Shown: piece by piece, positions 52,052 through 52,571 of the stretch
Layout of the letters: every line of letters starts with the position of its first letter
Position numbering within the stretch: position 1 is the first letter of the stretch
Source of the DNA: an uncultured Chromatiaceae bacterium
GTDB taxonomy: Bacteria > Pseudomonadota > Gammaproteobacteria > JAADHS01
Length of the DNA: 52,571 nt
Assembly (NCBI GenBank): GCA_945787615.1
Contig: CALZJI010000062.1
Location: 1-52,571 of the forward strand
Direction of reading: 5' to 3'
Position numbers and translations under genes: made by a program
Notes under the pieces: generated by a model
The model's database searches: none
Told to the model about the DNA's origin: nothing
Seen by the model: only the letters and a program-made list of their open reading frames with translations

Positions 52052-52571
52052 ATGCCTGTACCAGAGACTATCAAATCCGAATTCAACGATGTTGTCGCGT
52101 TTCACCGTTGTTACTGTCTCGATATCGCCATGGGTTATCGTGTGGCAAAGGCGCTGATGCGTGAGATGGGCGAGGACATGCGTGACCTTAAACACGTGAT
52201 CGCCTATGCGGGGGCACCGACATGCGCCGTCGATGCAATACAGAAAATAGCCGGTTGCACGCTGGGTAAACGAAACCTTATCTATACCAATACTGGGAAA
52301 TCCGTTTTTGCGCTACAGAATACGCGATCGGGCCGCACGGTTCGAGCCTATGTGCATTATTGGGACACCTTCGATCAACTCGCGTTTCGTGCTCAGCGTG
52401 AAAAAGCGAGCGCCGCAACGACTCCTGGAAAGAAAGCGGAGTTTAAAGAGATGTTAGACGCGAAAATCGAGGAGATTCTAACGACCGCGGAGGGAAGCTT
52501 GTTTAGGATTACCGAGTCGACCATGGCAACGCCGCAAAAGTCGGGAAAATTTATTTCCGAGCGATGTGATT
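52052..52571 (+). CDS. FmdE-family protein, with the 3' end outside the window (not in the supplied ORF track)
   Basis: My own translation from the ATG at 52052 runs to the window edge with no stop: MPVPETIKSEFNDVVAFHRCYCLDIAMGYRV...APTCAVDAIQKIAGCTLGKRNLIYTNTGKSVFAL. The FH..xC..xAxGYR and C.VDaIQ...GCT.GK.NL patterns are typical of the FmdE domain. Confidence 0.7.
   Translation, partial: MPVPETIKSEFNDVVAFHRCYCLDIAMGYRVAKALMREMGEDMRDLKHVIAYAGAPTCAVDAIQKIAGCTLGKRNLIYTNTGKSVFALQNTRSGRTVRAYVHYWDTFDQLAFRAQREKASAATTPGKKAEFKEMLDAKIEEILTTAEGSLFRITESTMATPQKSGKFISERCD

Overview
This 52.6-kb window looks like a gammaproteobacterial-type chromosome segment and is mostly housekeeping. On the + strand, in order: yhdP (3' part), a nitrilase-family hydrolase, tldD, pmbA, mlaFEDCB, murA, a complete hisGDCBHAFIE block and tatABC. 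Next come a DegS/AlgW-like protease on the - strand and a Nif3-family gene. A seven-gene Alternative Complex III operon (actA-B1-B2-C-D-E-F) follows and ends in a clean intrinsic terminator. After it come two - strand envelope genes, rpe-gph-trpEG and trpDC, the divergent crp/yhfA pair, speD and coq7. The accessory-looking part is 42.7-52.0 kb. It holds a five-gene, same-strand cluster: a ribbon-helix-helix/zinc-ribbon protein, a SPOR-domain DUF1302-like outer-membrane barrel, an MMPL/HAE3-type RND exporter, a small barrel translationally coupled to the exporter, and a 915-aa TPR protein with a C-terminal barrel. I could not place this cluster in any described pathway and rank it the best candidate for an undescribed envelope export system. 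The second notable signal is a family of about 160-bp hairpin-forming MITE-like elements: three full copies, one internally rearranged copy and one solo end. The full copies are flanked by 3-bp TTA/TAA direct repeats, and one copy sits exactly in the hisE stop codon. A 202-bp element with related termini fills the unusually long trpG-trpD spacer. A 5' portion of an FmdE-family gene runs off the right edge and is missing from the ORF track. All functional calls rest on my reading of the translated ORFs (motifs, architecture, synteny). No database search was run.
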